Below, one piece after another: positions 35,590-44,383 of a stretch of DNA of 64,000 bases (the stretch's first letter is position 1; each line of letters begins with the position of its first letter). Source of the DNA: Bacillota bacterium (GTDB taxonomy: Bacteria; Bacillota; UBA994; UBA5500); assembly GCA_023436245.1 (NCBI GenBank), contig JAEZJZ010000046.1, positions 16,681 through 80,680 on the forward strand. The letters are read 5' to 3'. The notes under the pieces were generated by a model. That model was not told the origin of the DNA, made no database searches, and saw nothing but the letters and a program-made list of their open reading frames with translations. The position numbers and the translations under genes were made by a program.

Positions 35590-35598
35590 GCCAACAAC

Positions 35599-35640
35599 AT
35601 AGGCTGTCCCGCACCGTTTGCGGGACAGCCTATTTGTTCT
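35599..35640. terminator. terminator between the convergent oxidoreductase and ECF operons
   Basis: 14-bp stem ATAGGCTGTCCCGC / GCGGGACAGCCTAT with a 7-nt loop, followed by TTGTTCT. Confidence 0.75.
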
Positions 35641-35668
35641 CGGCCTGTCACATCCAGCTGACTTTGGT

Positions 35669-36241
35669 TTACTGATCCTGCTTCGGCTCCGGTTCGGGAA
35701 GCAACTGATCAAACTGCTGGTCATCGATCACGCTGGCTCTTTCGCTGAACCGGAGCAGCGTCAGTCCGCCCAGAATCAGCAGCACTGCCAGTACACCCGT
35801 GCGCACATAGGAGATGAACTGCCAGTAACTGAAGCTTGACCCGAACCAGATCTGACCGTACTTCTGCAGGCTGTAGAAGAGGAAGCCATCTAGGGCTACG
35901 TAGCCGCCTGCAACCAAGGCGCCGATGCCCGACCAGCGCAGCAGTTTGTCCTTGGACCAGGATGAACTGGGCAGGTTCAGCCAGCGGATCAGGTCTAGAT
36001 GGCTCTCGGCGGACAGCTGATGCTGATCAAGCTTGTTGATCACATCGAAGAAACTGTAGGCAAACCAGATCGGCATCAGGAAAAGCAACGGATAGAACAC
36101 CCGGTCCAGCGACAATAGCAGGCAGGTAAGGGCAAAAAGCAACATCAGTTCCAGCCCCTGTCGCATCAGGCCCAAGTACATGTGCCCAGCACCTGGGACG
36201 AATGAGAAGAACATGGCAAGCAGTCTATTTTTGCTGCGCAT
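35669..36241 (-). CDS. membrane protein of unknown function (third gene of the ECF sigma operon)
   Basis: Starts LAMFFSFVPGAGHMYLGLMRQG and has about five hydrophobic helices. Overlaps the anti-sigma 3' end by 17 nt. Confidence 0.7.
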   Translation of the reverse strand: MRSKNRLLAMFFSFVPGAGHMYLGLMRQGLELMLLFALTCLLLSLDRVFYPLLFLMPIWFAYSFFDVINKLDQHQLSAESHLDLIRWLNLPSSSWSKDKLLRWSGIGALVAGGYVALDGFLFYSLQKYGQIWFGSSFSYWQFISYVRTGVLAVLLILGGLTLLRFSERASVIDDQQFDQLLPEPEPKQDQ

Positions 36242-36707
36242 CGCTATCCCTCCAAGATGGCAATTCTACCTTTATCTCAGGCAAACCTCGCACGAAGCTA
36301 TACAATGGGTTGTTCAGTTCTCTCTCACTGAAGCGGCTCTGCAGACTACCAGGCCGCGGCCAATCTGCGGGCTGCTTCGGAGGGGAACCCTGGGGCAGCC
36401 ACTGCTGCATCAACCCAGACGACGAGAGCAGGAGCAAGAGCGATGCAGCCACAGCATAGATGCGCAGCAAAGGGCGCAGACGTCCCCGCCCGTACTCCTG
36501 CCGCTGGCCACCCACCGCCTGCACTCGCCGGTACGTTCGCAGGGCCAAGTCGGGCGGGGCCACGCGTAGGCCCGATTCCACTACCTGCAGATACCTCTCC
36601 TGGCAGGTCGGGCAAACCGCCAAATGCTCAGTCATGGCCAGTCGGTCCGGCAGGCCAACTCTGCCGGAGTAGTAGTCGGACCATTGTTCCGGTCGATAGC
36701 AGTCCAC
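36225..36707 (-). CDS. zf-HC2-type anti-sigma factor
   Basis: N-terminal HLAVCPTCQERY (H-x3-C-x2-C) motif, a single helix LRIYAVAASLLLLLSSSGL, and position directly after the ECF sigma gene. Confidence 0.8.
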   Translation of the reverse strand: MDCYRPEQWSDYYSGRVGLPDRLAMTEHLAVCPTCQERYLQVVESGLRVAPPDLALRTYRRVQAVGGQRQEYGRGRLRPLLRIYAVAASLLLLLSSSGLMQQWLPQGSPPKQPADWPRPGSLQSRFSERELNNPLYSFVRGLPEIKVELPSWRDSDAQQK

Positions 36708-36710
36708 CGA

Positions 36711-37256
36711 TCATTCCTCCTTCCATCTGGTCTTCAGCAGTTTGCGCGCCCGATAGAGCTGGGACTCCACCGTCTTGGCGCTGATGCCAAGCTCTCGGGC
36801 GATTTGACTGTATCCCTGGTCCCGGAAATAGTACCTTTCCACGACCGCCCGATAGTGTTCCGGTAGACTGGCCACCAGCCTGCGCAGCTGCTGCTGGCGC
36901 AACTCCTGCAGCACAGCAGCCTCGGCAGAGGGCGCAATCTGCGAGTTGCGATCTGTTTCCTCCTCCAACTTGGCTTCGCGCTGCGACTCGCGCTGGCGCT
37001 TGCGCAGGTGGTCGATGCTCGTGTTGGTGGCGATTCTGGCCAGCCAGGCTTTGAAGCCGTCCTGCTCGAAGCGTTGGATGTTCAGATATGCCTTCATAAA
37101 GGCCTCTTGCGTCACATCCTCGGCGGCGTGGGTGTCCTGCAGCACGCCGAAGCAGATGGAGAAGACGTAGTTCGTGTATTTCTCAACCAGACGGGAAAAG
37201 TGAGCCGTTTTACCCGCCTGAACTGCCGCGATTACTGCACTGTCGTCAATCTCCAT
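36711..37256 (-). CDS. ECF-type RNA polymerase sigma factor
   Basis: Region 2 YVFSICFGVLQDTHAAEDVTQEAFMKAY and region 4 YSQIARELGISAKTVESQLYRARKLL. The Met at 37256 is preferred over the ORF-track start at 37289. Confidence 0.88.
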   Translation of the reverse strand: MEIDDSAVIAAVQAGKTAHFSRLVEKYTNYVFSICFGVLQDTHAAEDVTQEAFMKAYLNIQRFEQDGFKAWLARIATNTSIDHLRKRQRESQREAKLEEETDRNSQIAPSAEAAVLQELRQQQLRRLVASLPEHYRAVVERYYFRDQGYSQIARELGISAKTVESQLYRARKLLKTRWKEE

Positions 37257-37349
37257 CACCTCCCTAATTGCTAGCTGTCGCAATCCCACTCCGTATGTTA
37301 ACGAGCCAGGGCGGCAAAAACCCTGCAGGCGAAGATGCGGCCTGTCGTG

Positions 37350-37982
37350 TTATTTCGGCCCGGACCGCAAGGGCAAGATCAGCAACTCGCGCCAGATTGC
37401 CAGCACCTCTCGGCCCAACATGCGATAGCGTAGCGACGCCGGCACCGGCAGCGGCGCTGCCGCCGCCGTACTGGCGATGCCCAGCCTCCAGGCGATCAGC
37501 CGACTGCGCAGCACATGATAATCGCTGGTCACCAGGAGGGCACTGCCGAATGCCTGCTCCTGCATGATGCTCAGACTGTGGCGTAGGTTGTCATAGGTGC
37601 TATATGATGCCTGCTCCAGATGAATCACCTGCTGGTCCACACCTCGCTCAACCAGATAAGCCTGCATCGCCAAGGCCTCAGTGGTCGGCTCGTCCGGCCC
37701 CTGTCCGCCACTGACGATGATCTGCCGCGCCAAGCCGGAGCGGTACAACTGCAGACCGACGTCTAGGCGAGCCTGCAGAGAAGTGCTGAGGCGATCCGGA
37801 TAGACGCGAGCTCCCAAGATGATGATCACGTCGGCTGGTTGCGGCGCTGTTCTGGAGCCGACTGCCGACATCGCAGCCAGCGTGACCGCACTTGCGATCA
37901 GTGCGAACAGCAATGTCGCAAGCAGCCTCCTGACCAACACCCAGCGCCGACTGCGCGTCTGCTTTGTGCTTATCCTAGTCAT
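37350..37982 (-). CDS. YdcF/SanA-like DUF218 protein, membrane anchored
   Basis: N-terminal helix, then IIILGARV...IIVSGGQG...EALAMQAYLVERGV...SYSTYDNL...LLVTSDYHVLRS, typical of DUF218. Confidence 0.8.
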   Translation of the reverse strand: MTRISTKQTRSRRWVLVRRLLATLLFALIASAVTLAAMSAVGSRTAPQPADVIIILGARVYPDRLSTSLQARLDVGLQLYRSGLARQIIVSGGQGPDEPTTEALAMQAYLVERGVDQQVIHLEQASYSTYDNLRHSLSIMQEQAFGSALLVTSDYHVLRSRLIAWRLGIASTAAAAPLPVPASLRYRMLGREVLAIWRELLILPLRSGPK

Positions 37983-38158
37983 TCTGAGTGTCCCCTTTCT
38001 CTAGCCGCCGGAGTTCGGCAGGTTGGTGAGTTCCGAGAGAACAACCCCCCTGGCCGCGATCTGAACAAATAACCGCGAACAGATTCGCGCAGAATCAGCA
38101 TAATGATAGGCAGAGGGGGTCGTTACCGGTATTTGCAGACGTCAGACTAACCAGCACG

Positions 38159-38545
38159 ATGGCCAAACCACTGCTGTCGCTGACCACAGAAGAACGGCAC
38201 TGGTTGCAGGACTACTTCGACCGCCATTACCACCCACCGCTGTTTTGGGCAAACGATGAACGGAGAAAGCAACAGCACTATCTGAGCTTTCTGGCTGAAG
38301 TACGCAAAGTGCCGGTCTATTGGCTCTATGAGCAGTACGGGCGCGGAACTCTTGATTCTCGCTTCAGCAACTACTGGGTTAATCTGATCTACTCGGACGA
38401 GACCACGTTCAAGACCTTGCGGGTTGCCGGCGATGAATGCCCGGTGACCATCTGGGATGGCGGTTGCAGCTGGGCCATCCTAGAGCCGGACTATGACAGC
38501 GAAAGGGCCATGCTGGTGATGTTCGATCCCCATGCCAAATGGTAA
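38159..38545 (+). CDS. hypothetical protein
   Basis: 128-aa ORF with a non-repetitive, Trp/Tyr-rich composition. No SD is visible and no motif recognised. Confidence 0.45.
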   Translation: MAKPLLSLTTEERHWLQDYFDRHYHPPLFWANDERRKQQHYLSFLAEVRKVPVYWLYEQYGRGTLDSRFSNYWVNLIYSDETTFKTLRVAGDECPVTIWDGGCSWAILEPDYDSERAMLVMFDPHAKW

Positions 38546-38753
38546 CAGAAACCAGCGTTCTCTGCCAGAAGCCCTCCGCGATCGCGATGAAGCTGCTCCA
38601 CGCGGTGTGGCTTTCTTTAATGACGGGTCGTCAGCAGTTTCCTAAGACTGGTCACTTTTCAGTGAAATTGGGCAGGGAAGCAAGCACCAGTTGCAGAACT
38701 AAAGGCCAATCCATAAAGTGGGCGAAGACTAAAATGAGGGAAGGTGTTGCCAT

Positions 38754-39098
38754 GTGAAGCTGCTGATCGCCGTCGTGCATGACCAATGCAGCGGCAGATT
38801 GACCGAACAACTGGTCGCCAAGGGCTATCGTTCGACCAAGCTATCCTCAACCGGAGGGTTCCTGCGAGCCGGGAGCACCACTTTGCTGATCGGCGTTGAG
38901 GCCGAGCAGGTGGAATCGGTATTGAATGTCATCAGAGGCGTCTGCCACACCAGCGAGCAGTTGACGCCCGTGCCCAAGGAAGTTGTGGCCGGGCTGTCGT
39001 CACCGCCGCTGCATACCCTCTCCGGGGGAGCGGTTGTCTTCGTGCTGAACGCCGTGCCGTGGGCAGGGACACTTCAGCCTCCGGTAGAGCGTCCTTGA
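38754..39098 (+). CDS. darA: cyclic-di-AMP receptor DarA (PII-like, DUF970)
   Basis: KLLIAVVHDQCSGRLTEQLVAKGYRSTKLSSTGGFLRAGSTTLLIGVE...GGAVVFVL closely parallels my recollection of B. subtilis DarA. GTG start with GGGAAGG 9 nt upstream. Confidence 0.85.
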   Translation: MKLLIAVVHDQCSGRLTEQLVAKGYRSTKLSSTGGFLRAGSTTLLIGVEAEQVESVLNVIRGVCHTSEQLTPVPKEVVAGLSSPPLHTLSGGAVVFVLNAVPWAGTLQPPVERP

Positions 39099-39144
39099 CG
39101 AACCTGCTGCTCGGATGTGTTCATCCCAGGAGGAGTTGACACCG

Positions 39145-42100
39145 ATGCCTACCAATGGAAACCTGCCTCGCGCCATCGCACAGATCCTGCTCTTCTGCTT
39201 GCTTGCGGGAGCAGTTGCCCCGCCGGCGATGGCCGCGAACCCGCCCAATGGACGCGAACTGGCCATGTCGTCCGGAACAACGCTGGTGCAAAGACAACCC
39301 AGCACGCCGGGGGAAGCAGCGATCGTGGCCATCATGCAAGCGGGCACCGCCAACCAACTGGCGAACGAGACTCATGCCGCCCACATTGCGGAGCACATGG
39401 TCTTTCAGAACCACCCGCCGGCAGAACCCTCCTTGACGGATCAGATTGCTGCCTGGGGCGGAGTGGCGAATGGCCATACTGGACTAGAGCATACCAGCTT
39501 TGAGATCACGGTACCGGAGGAGCACATAAAGGATGCTCTGGCTCAGCTACTCGCCTCCCTGTTCACCGCCGATTATGACCAGGCGGTCTACGAGCGCGAA
39601 CTGAACGGGTACCTGCGAGTGGAACTGCGCAATATGACCGCAAACTACCCGACAGCCATTTACAATGGTTTTCGTCAGCACATCTTCCAGGGCAGCGCCT
39701 ACGCAGAAGATCTGCTTGGCGTGGACATCACCCAGGTGCACTCTGCAACTGTCTCCAGTTGGCAGCAACGGGAGTATGGCGCTAATCGCCTGATCCTGGT
39801 GGTGAACAGCAACACTCCCTGGCCGGAACTCTGCGCCGCAGCCGAATCAGCGCTGCGTGGCGCTCCGCGGGCAACTTTGTCCATCCCGCCCATAGTCTTG
39901 GCGCCCCCGACAGAAGGCGAGTTTGTCTCCACTGGGGTCGGGAACATCACCGCGGTGCTTGGCCTCTCGCTGGACAGGGTCACACCCAATGATCGGGCCG
40001 CGCTCTCCCTCCTGCTGGAGCTGCTGCAGCGGCGCATGCGCTTTGGTGCCATCCGAGATCTGGAGCCTGTGACCGAGGTTTTTGCCACTTTCTGGCAGAG
40101 AGACTCAGTCTATCTGCAACTGGCATATGAGCAGAGGTCAGGGGTCCTCAACCAAGGGCAAGATCCAGTGCTGGCGCAGCAAACGGAGCTCGTCAAGGCA
40201 GTGCAACTGCTGGCGACACAGCTCGGCCCTGGCGACCTGCACCTGCTCAACCGATCCACGCAGACCTCGGACGAGCCAGTTCCGCTGGTGAGTGAAACGC
40301 TGCAAGAAGCCTGGCAATTGGCCGACCGATATGTGGCTGAGTCCTGGTCGCCTGCAGTGGTTATCGAGGAAGACGAACAGACTCTGCTTGAGAGCCTACA
40401 GACTGTAGCTGCCAAGTATCTCCCCCACGCCAAGCTGACCGTGCTCCGAACCTCACCGACAGCGCCCGCGCTCGGGCCACTGGCTGTCGCAGTCGCCTGT
40501 TTGGCCGCGTTGGTCGGGCTGGCGTCGCTGACTGTGCTGCTCACGGCTAAGCGAAACGCGAACGTGCGGACGCTCTTATCCCTGATCACGGTCACGCTCA
40601 AGTCTCTCCTCAGGCAGGGGATGGGGGGTGGGAATCAGGACGAAGCGAACAAGCGTGCTTTCTGGCGATGGGTTTTTGCAGCCATTCTGATGGTGACCAC
40701 GGTGTGGCTGACCAACATGGTCGCGCAAATCTGCATGCTCCTCGGCCAGCCTGAACTGCTGTTCGTGTTGGCTAGTGCCGCCCTCTGCCTGATGCTGTTC
40801 TTCTCCGGAGGAAGCTTGCTGCTCTCTGTGTTTCTCTGGTCGGGAGACAGCGAGCGCCTAGCAGCGTTGCCGCTTCCCTCAGTCCACATCGTTTTGGCGC
40901 GCCTACTGATCGCCATTTTGGGGCAGTTCCCGTTCTCTCTGCTGGTGCTCATCCCGGCCACCCTGAAATACGCTCAGTACATGGGCAAAGGACCACTCAT
41001 CTGGGTGATGATGACGCTGGTCAGCCTGCTTCTGCCCATTTTGACACTCACACTGGCGGCACTGCCGATCGTGGCGTTCATGCGCCGGATCACACCGCGC
41101 CTGCGGGAGAGGCTGGCGGCAATCGCCTCGATCTTGCTCTCGGTCGCTTTGATGCTATTTAGGCTAGCTCAAGGAAACAGGAGCCCGTTGGACATGAAGT
41201 CCCTCGTGATGCAGTCCCTGCAACTGCGACAGCAGGATCTGGCCGGACAAATCGGCCGGGTGTTCCCGCCGGCGGCCTGGGCTGGGCGAGCGCTTGCGCT
41301 CGACGGAACCTGGAGCGGAGCGGGCAGCCTGCTGCTGCTCACCCTGACCGCTCTGCTCTGCCTCTGGGTGCTCTCTCGGTTATCCCAGAGGTTGTACCTG
41401 GGAGAGCCCTCTCTGGCAACACCGCTTGCAAGGAGGCAGAAAGCCAGTAAGCAATCAGGCTCTGCCAGCCCGGTGTTAGCCCTCTGGAGACGAGAATGGA
41501 AGCTGTTCTGGCGGACGCCGGCCTTGCTGGCCGTCACTCTACCGAACACACTGATGCCACTCTTGATCATCTATCCCCTGCTCAGCTCCGGCGCCAGAGA
41601 GCAAGGCCTCTGGGTGATGGCCCAAACCCTAAGAGTCACCTCGCGTCACTCTCTGGTTTCTGCACTCGCAGCTGGCGCGCTGGCGATGTTGGTGGTCACC
41701 AGTTCGCGCCTGGCTTCGGTCAGCGTCTCCGGCGAAGGATCTCGCTTCTACTTCTCCAAGATGATTCCGGTGGAAGCTAGTACCCAAGTGCAGGCAAAGC
41801 TGCTCAACTGCCTGGTCATCAACGGCTTGTGCATACTGCCAGGGTTGCTACTAGTGACAATTTGGCTGCGACTCAGCGCCCTGAACTGCGTTGCCGCCAT
41901 ACTCGCATCTTCCGTCGGCCTGTTCTTCGCCACCACTGTCTGCATTAAGCACGACCTGGCCTGGCCACGCCTCGAATGGGACAACACGCAGATGTTGATC
42001 AGGCAGGCAAACACCATCGGACCAACCATAATCATCCTCTTAGCTTCGGCCGCGACCGTCTGGTTGGCGTTCTCCTTGCGAAGAGGCGGGTGGGCGATGC

Positions 42101-42207
42101 CCTTGATTTATGCCCTAGTAACCGGTGCCTACGCAGCCCTCGGCTGGGTCAACTACCGATCATTGATCGCGCAGGCAGAAGAGCTTTACGCCCAGATTGA
42201 TCTGTGA
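39145..42207 (+). CDS. secreted M16 (insulinase-type) peptidase domain fused to a polytopic double permease-like membrane domain
   Basis: Signal peptide ending PPAMA-A. Inverted zincin HIAEH plus the downstream YERELNGYLRVELRN Glu cluster. From about aa 450 there are ~12 hydrophobic helices in two modules, the second opening with LALWRREWKLFWRTPALL as ABC-2 permeases do. Confidence 0.75.
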   Translation: MPTNGNLPRAIAQILLFCLLAGAVAPPAMAANPPNGRELAMSSGTTLVQRQPSTPGEAAIVAIMQAGTANQLANETHAAHIAEHMVFQNHPPAEPSLTDQIAAWGGVANGHTGLEHTSFEITVPEEHIKDALAQLLASLFTADYDQAVYERELNGYLRVELRNMTANYPTAIYNGFRQHIFQGSAYAEDLLGVDITQVHSATVSSWQQREYGANRLILVVNSNTPWPELCAAAESALRGAPRATLSIPPIVLAPPTEGEFVSTGVGNITAVLGLSLDRVTPNDRAALSLLLELLQRRMRFGAIRDLEPVTEVFATFWQRDSVYLQLAYEQRSGVLNQGQDPVLAQQTELVKAVQLLATQLGPGDLHLLNRSTQTSDEPVPLVSETLQEAWQLADRYVAESWSPAVVIEEDEQTLLESLQTVAAKYLPHAKLTVLRTSPTAPALGPLAVAVACLAALVGLASLTVLLTAKRNANVRTLLSLITVTLKSLLRQGMGGGNQDEANKRAFWRWVFAAILMVTTVWLTNMVAQICMLLGQPELLFVLASAALCLMLFFSGGSLLLSVFLWSGDSERLAALPLPSVHIVLARLLIAILGQFPFSLLVLIPATLKYAQYMGKGPLIWVMMTLVSLLLPILTLTLAALPIVAFMRRITPRLRERLAAIASILLSVALMLFRLAQGNRSPLDMKSLVMQSLQLRQQDLAGQIGRVFPPAAWAGRALALDGTWSGAGSLLLLTLTALLCLWVLSRLSQRLYLGEPSLATPLARRQKASKQSGSASPVLALWRREWKLFWRTPALLAVTLPNTLMPLLIIYPLLSSGAREQGLWVMAQTLRVTSRHSLVSALAAGALAMLVVTSSRLASVSVSGEGSRFYFSKMIPVEASTQVQAKLLNCLVINGLCILPGLLLVTIWLRLSALNCVAAILASSVGLFFATTVCIKHDLAWPRLEWDNTQMLIRQANTIGPTIIILLASAATVWLAFSLRRGGWAMPLIYALVTGAYAALGWVNYRSLIAQAEELYAQIDL

Positions 42208-42320
42208 GAAACGAGTAGTCCGCCGCTACGACAGTCGTTGACTTCAGCCCCGAGAGATGCGAAGATGAAGAATGGGAGTAGTTACACCCCCCGCATCTGG
42301 CTTCCCTAGGAGGTGCTGAT

Positions 42321-43273
42321 GTGATTGAGACCTATATAGCTGAAGCTGGCCAGGCTGAGATCCGGAAGGCGGATGAGCCGAAACGCCCAGCTCGAGAGCA
42401 AAACATTTGGGTGGACATTGTGGCCGGTTCGCCGAAGGATGCGATCAGTTGTCCTGCGACTGCCCACCCTTCATTCTGCAGCATGTCGGGCAGAAGCTGC
42501 ACCGCCCGCGCATCAGCAACTATGAGCCCTTTCACCACATCGCCTTCTCGGCGCTGCAATCCGCGCCGAACCCAGGGGCAGCAGCCGAACTGGTGCACAT
42601 CGTCTTCACAGATCGCCTCCTGCTCACCTACCACAGCAAGACAATTCCCGCCATCGACTCAATGAAGCAGCGCCTGCAACAAGCGGGCGGAGCTACCTTG
42701 CTCAACGACGGGATCGGCTTCTTTCTGTATAACCTGCTGGACGAGTTCATCGACGCCAAGCTGATGCGCCTCGACGCGCTGCAGGATGTGGTGGACAAAA
42801 TCGAGACCGAGGCTCTGCAGCGCCCGAGCTACCGACTGAACGAGAAGATTCTTGAGCGGCGTCGCAGCCTGCAGAGTGAACGGCGGCTGGCATCAGCCGA
42901 GCGGGATGTGCTCAACCACCTATTGCGGGCGGAGTTCTCGCTGGCGGGTCGGGAGCTCGACCGCTATTTCCTGGATCTCTACGACCACATGAGTCGCATC
43001 GTGGAGATCATCGACACCAGGCGCGAGCAACTGACCGATGTGTCGGAGCTGTTGATGGCAGTAACAGCTCAGCGCACCAATGAAATCATGAAGGTGCTGA
43101 CCATCGTCTCCACCATCTTCATGCCGCTGACGCTGATCACCGGCATCTACGGCATGAACTTCGTGCACATGCCGGAACTCGGCTGGCGCTTCGGCTACCC
43201 CCTGGCCTTGGGATCCATGGCGGTGATGGTGGTGGGGATGCTGGCCTATTTCCGCAAGCGAGGCTGGATCTAG
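42321..43273 (+). pseudogene. corA: CorA-family Mg/Co transporter, reading frame interrupted by an apparent -1 frameshift
   Basis: AGGAGG lies 7 nt before GTG 42321, giving a CorA-like N-terminus (NIWVDIVAGSPKDA). The rest (PPFILQHVGQKLHRPRISNYE ... YGMNFVHMPEL) is in the -1 frame from TTG 42407, which has no SD. The switch lies around 42440-42475. Confidence 0.7.
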
Positions 43274-43336
43274 GCCACCCAACTTTCCGCTCTGCCCATC
43301 GCCCTGATCTCTGCTGGCTGGCGAGTCCCCCGATCT

Positions 43337-43876
43337 TCAGCGCCGAACGGCTCCCCCCAAATGATAATCCACGATCTCGCCTGTAGATACCTCTTTGCCC
43401 GTCAGGGCTGAAATGACCATGCCGTGCGCGACCACCGCCGCGTGTTCCAGGTGCGCGTACCGTTCAAGGACAGACTGCACGCGCTGGCGCACCCGCGAAA
43501 GCGGTTCCCAGGGCCTCGCCTGCCCCTCCGGCCATTCGCCGCTGTGTAGACGCAGGTCTTCCGCCTGCAGGGAGACAAACCGGCGGGTGTCAAAGGAACA
43601 ACTGAGATCGGGCAGCCATTCATGCAGGTCAAACTCCACTGTCACCGGTAACCTGAGGCGCAAGGAGATAATCTGTGCTGTCTCCATGGCCCGGGTCATG
43701 GGAGAAGAGATGATTGTCTGCAGCGGCAGGGCGGCCAGTCGCTCCGCCGCTTGAGCTGCTTGCCCCCGACCCAGCTCTGTCAGCGGCACCAAGTCGCGCA
43801 TGCCACCGATCAATCGTCTACTCTCAGCCAAGTCATAATCGGCCTGTCCGTGTCGGACCAGATGGAAAGTAGTCAC
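43337..43876 (-). CDS. histidine phosphatase family protein (phosphoglycerate-mutase-like)
   Basis: GAGGAGG lies upstream of GTG 43876, 2 nt after the upstream stop. LVRHGQADY (RHG) and VVAHGMVI motifs are present. Confidence 0.8.
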   Translation of the reverse strand: MTTFHLVRHGQADYDLAESRRLIGGMRDLVPLTELGRGQAAQAAERLAALPLQTIISSPMTRAMETAQIISLRLRLPVTVEFDLHEWLPDLSCSFDTRRFVSLQAEDLRLHSGEWPEGQARPWEPLSRVRQRVQSVLERYAHLEHAAVVAHGMVISALTGKEVSTGEIVDYHLGGAVRR

Positions 43877-43878
43877 TT

Positions 43879-44325
43879 CTACCTGACCTCCTCTGCTTGC
43901 GACGTTAGCTCGAAGGACGCTGTCTGCCGCTTGTGGTAGTAGCGCCCCCACTTGGCAGTGAAGCGCAGCACCGAGTAGTCGGGATCGGTCACCCCTTGTG
44001 GGTAGTATTTCTCGCATCCCTCCGACCAGAAGCGCCGCTTGGTCTCAAGGTCATCGGTGATCACCTGTATGTCCCCGACCAGCATCAGTCCCTCAATCGT
44101 AGACTGATCCGAGAAGTAGAGGCTAGCGCGGGCATCGAAGAGCAGCCGCTGCACCCGCTCGGAAGAAGTGTTTGTGCTGAACCAGCAAGTCAGCAATCCT
44201 TCGCTCTCCAGCTTGAACATAGCCTTGATCCAAGGGTATCCGTCACTCCCATTCACCCCCACCATCGCGACTCCGGAGCGCTCTACCAGCCGCTCCGCCG
44301 CCGTACGCATTGACTGTTCGTGCAT
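43879..44325 (-). CDS. pyridoxamine 5'-phosphate oxidase-family (general stress protein 26-like) protein
   Basis: 148 aa with the pattern VAMVGVNGSDGYPWIKAMF...ASLYF...GLMLVGDIQVITD...KRRFW, typical of the PNPOx-like split barrel. Confidence 0.7.
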   Translation of the reverse strand: MHEQSMRTAAERLVERSGVAMVGVNGSDGYPWIKAMFKLESEGLLTCWFSTNTSSERVQRLLFDARASLYFSDQSTIEGLMLVGDIQVITDDLETKRRFWSEGCEKYYPQGVTDPDYSVLRFTAKWGRYYHKRQTASFELTSQAEEVR

Positions 44326-44383
44326 TTACTCCTGCCTCCTACTCTCTTCGTCTGGCATCAGGGCGTCCCGCATAGAGCCTGCT

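Noticed and set aside
38539-38757. 72-aa ORF between the hypothetical gene and darA
   Set aside because: It has no SD, overlaps the stop of the upstream gene and the darA start, and is a Lys/Ser/Thr/Cys-rich sequence without features. It is more likely the darA leader.
42208-42320. Possible Mg-sensing M-box riboswitch upstream of corA
   Set aside because: Only about 110 nt are available and I could not find the conserved M-box helices. The region is too short for that riboswitch class.
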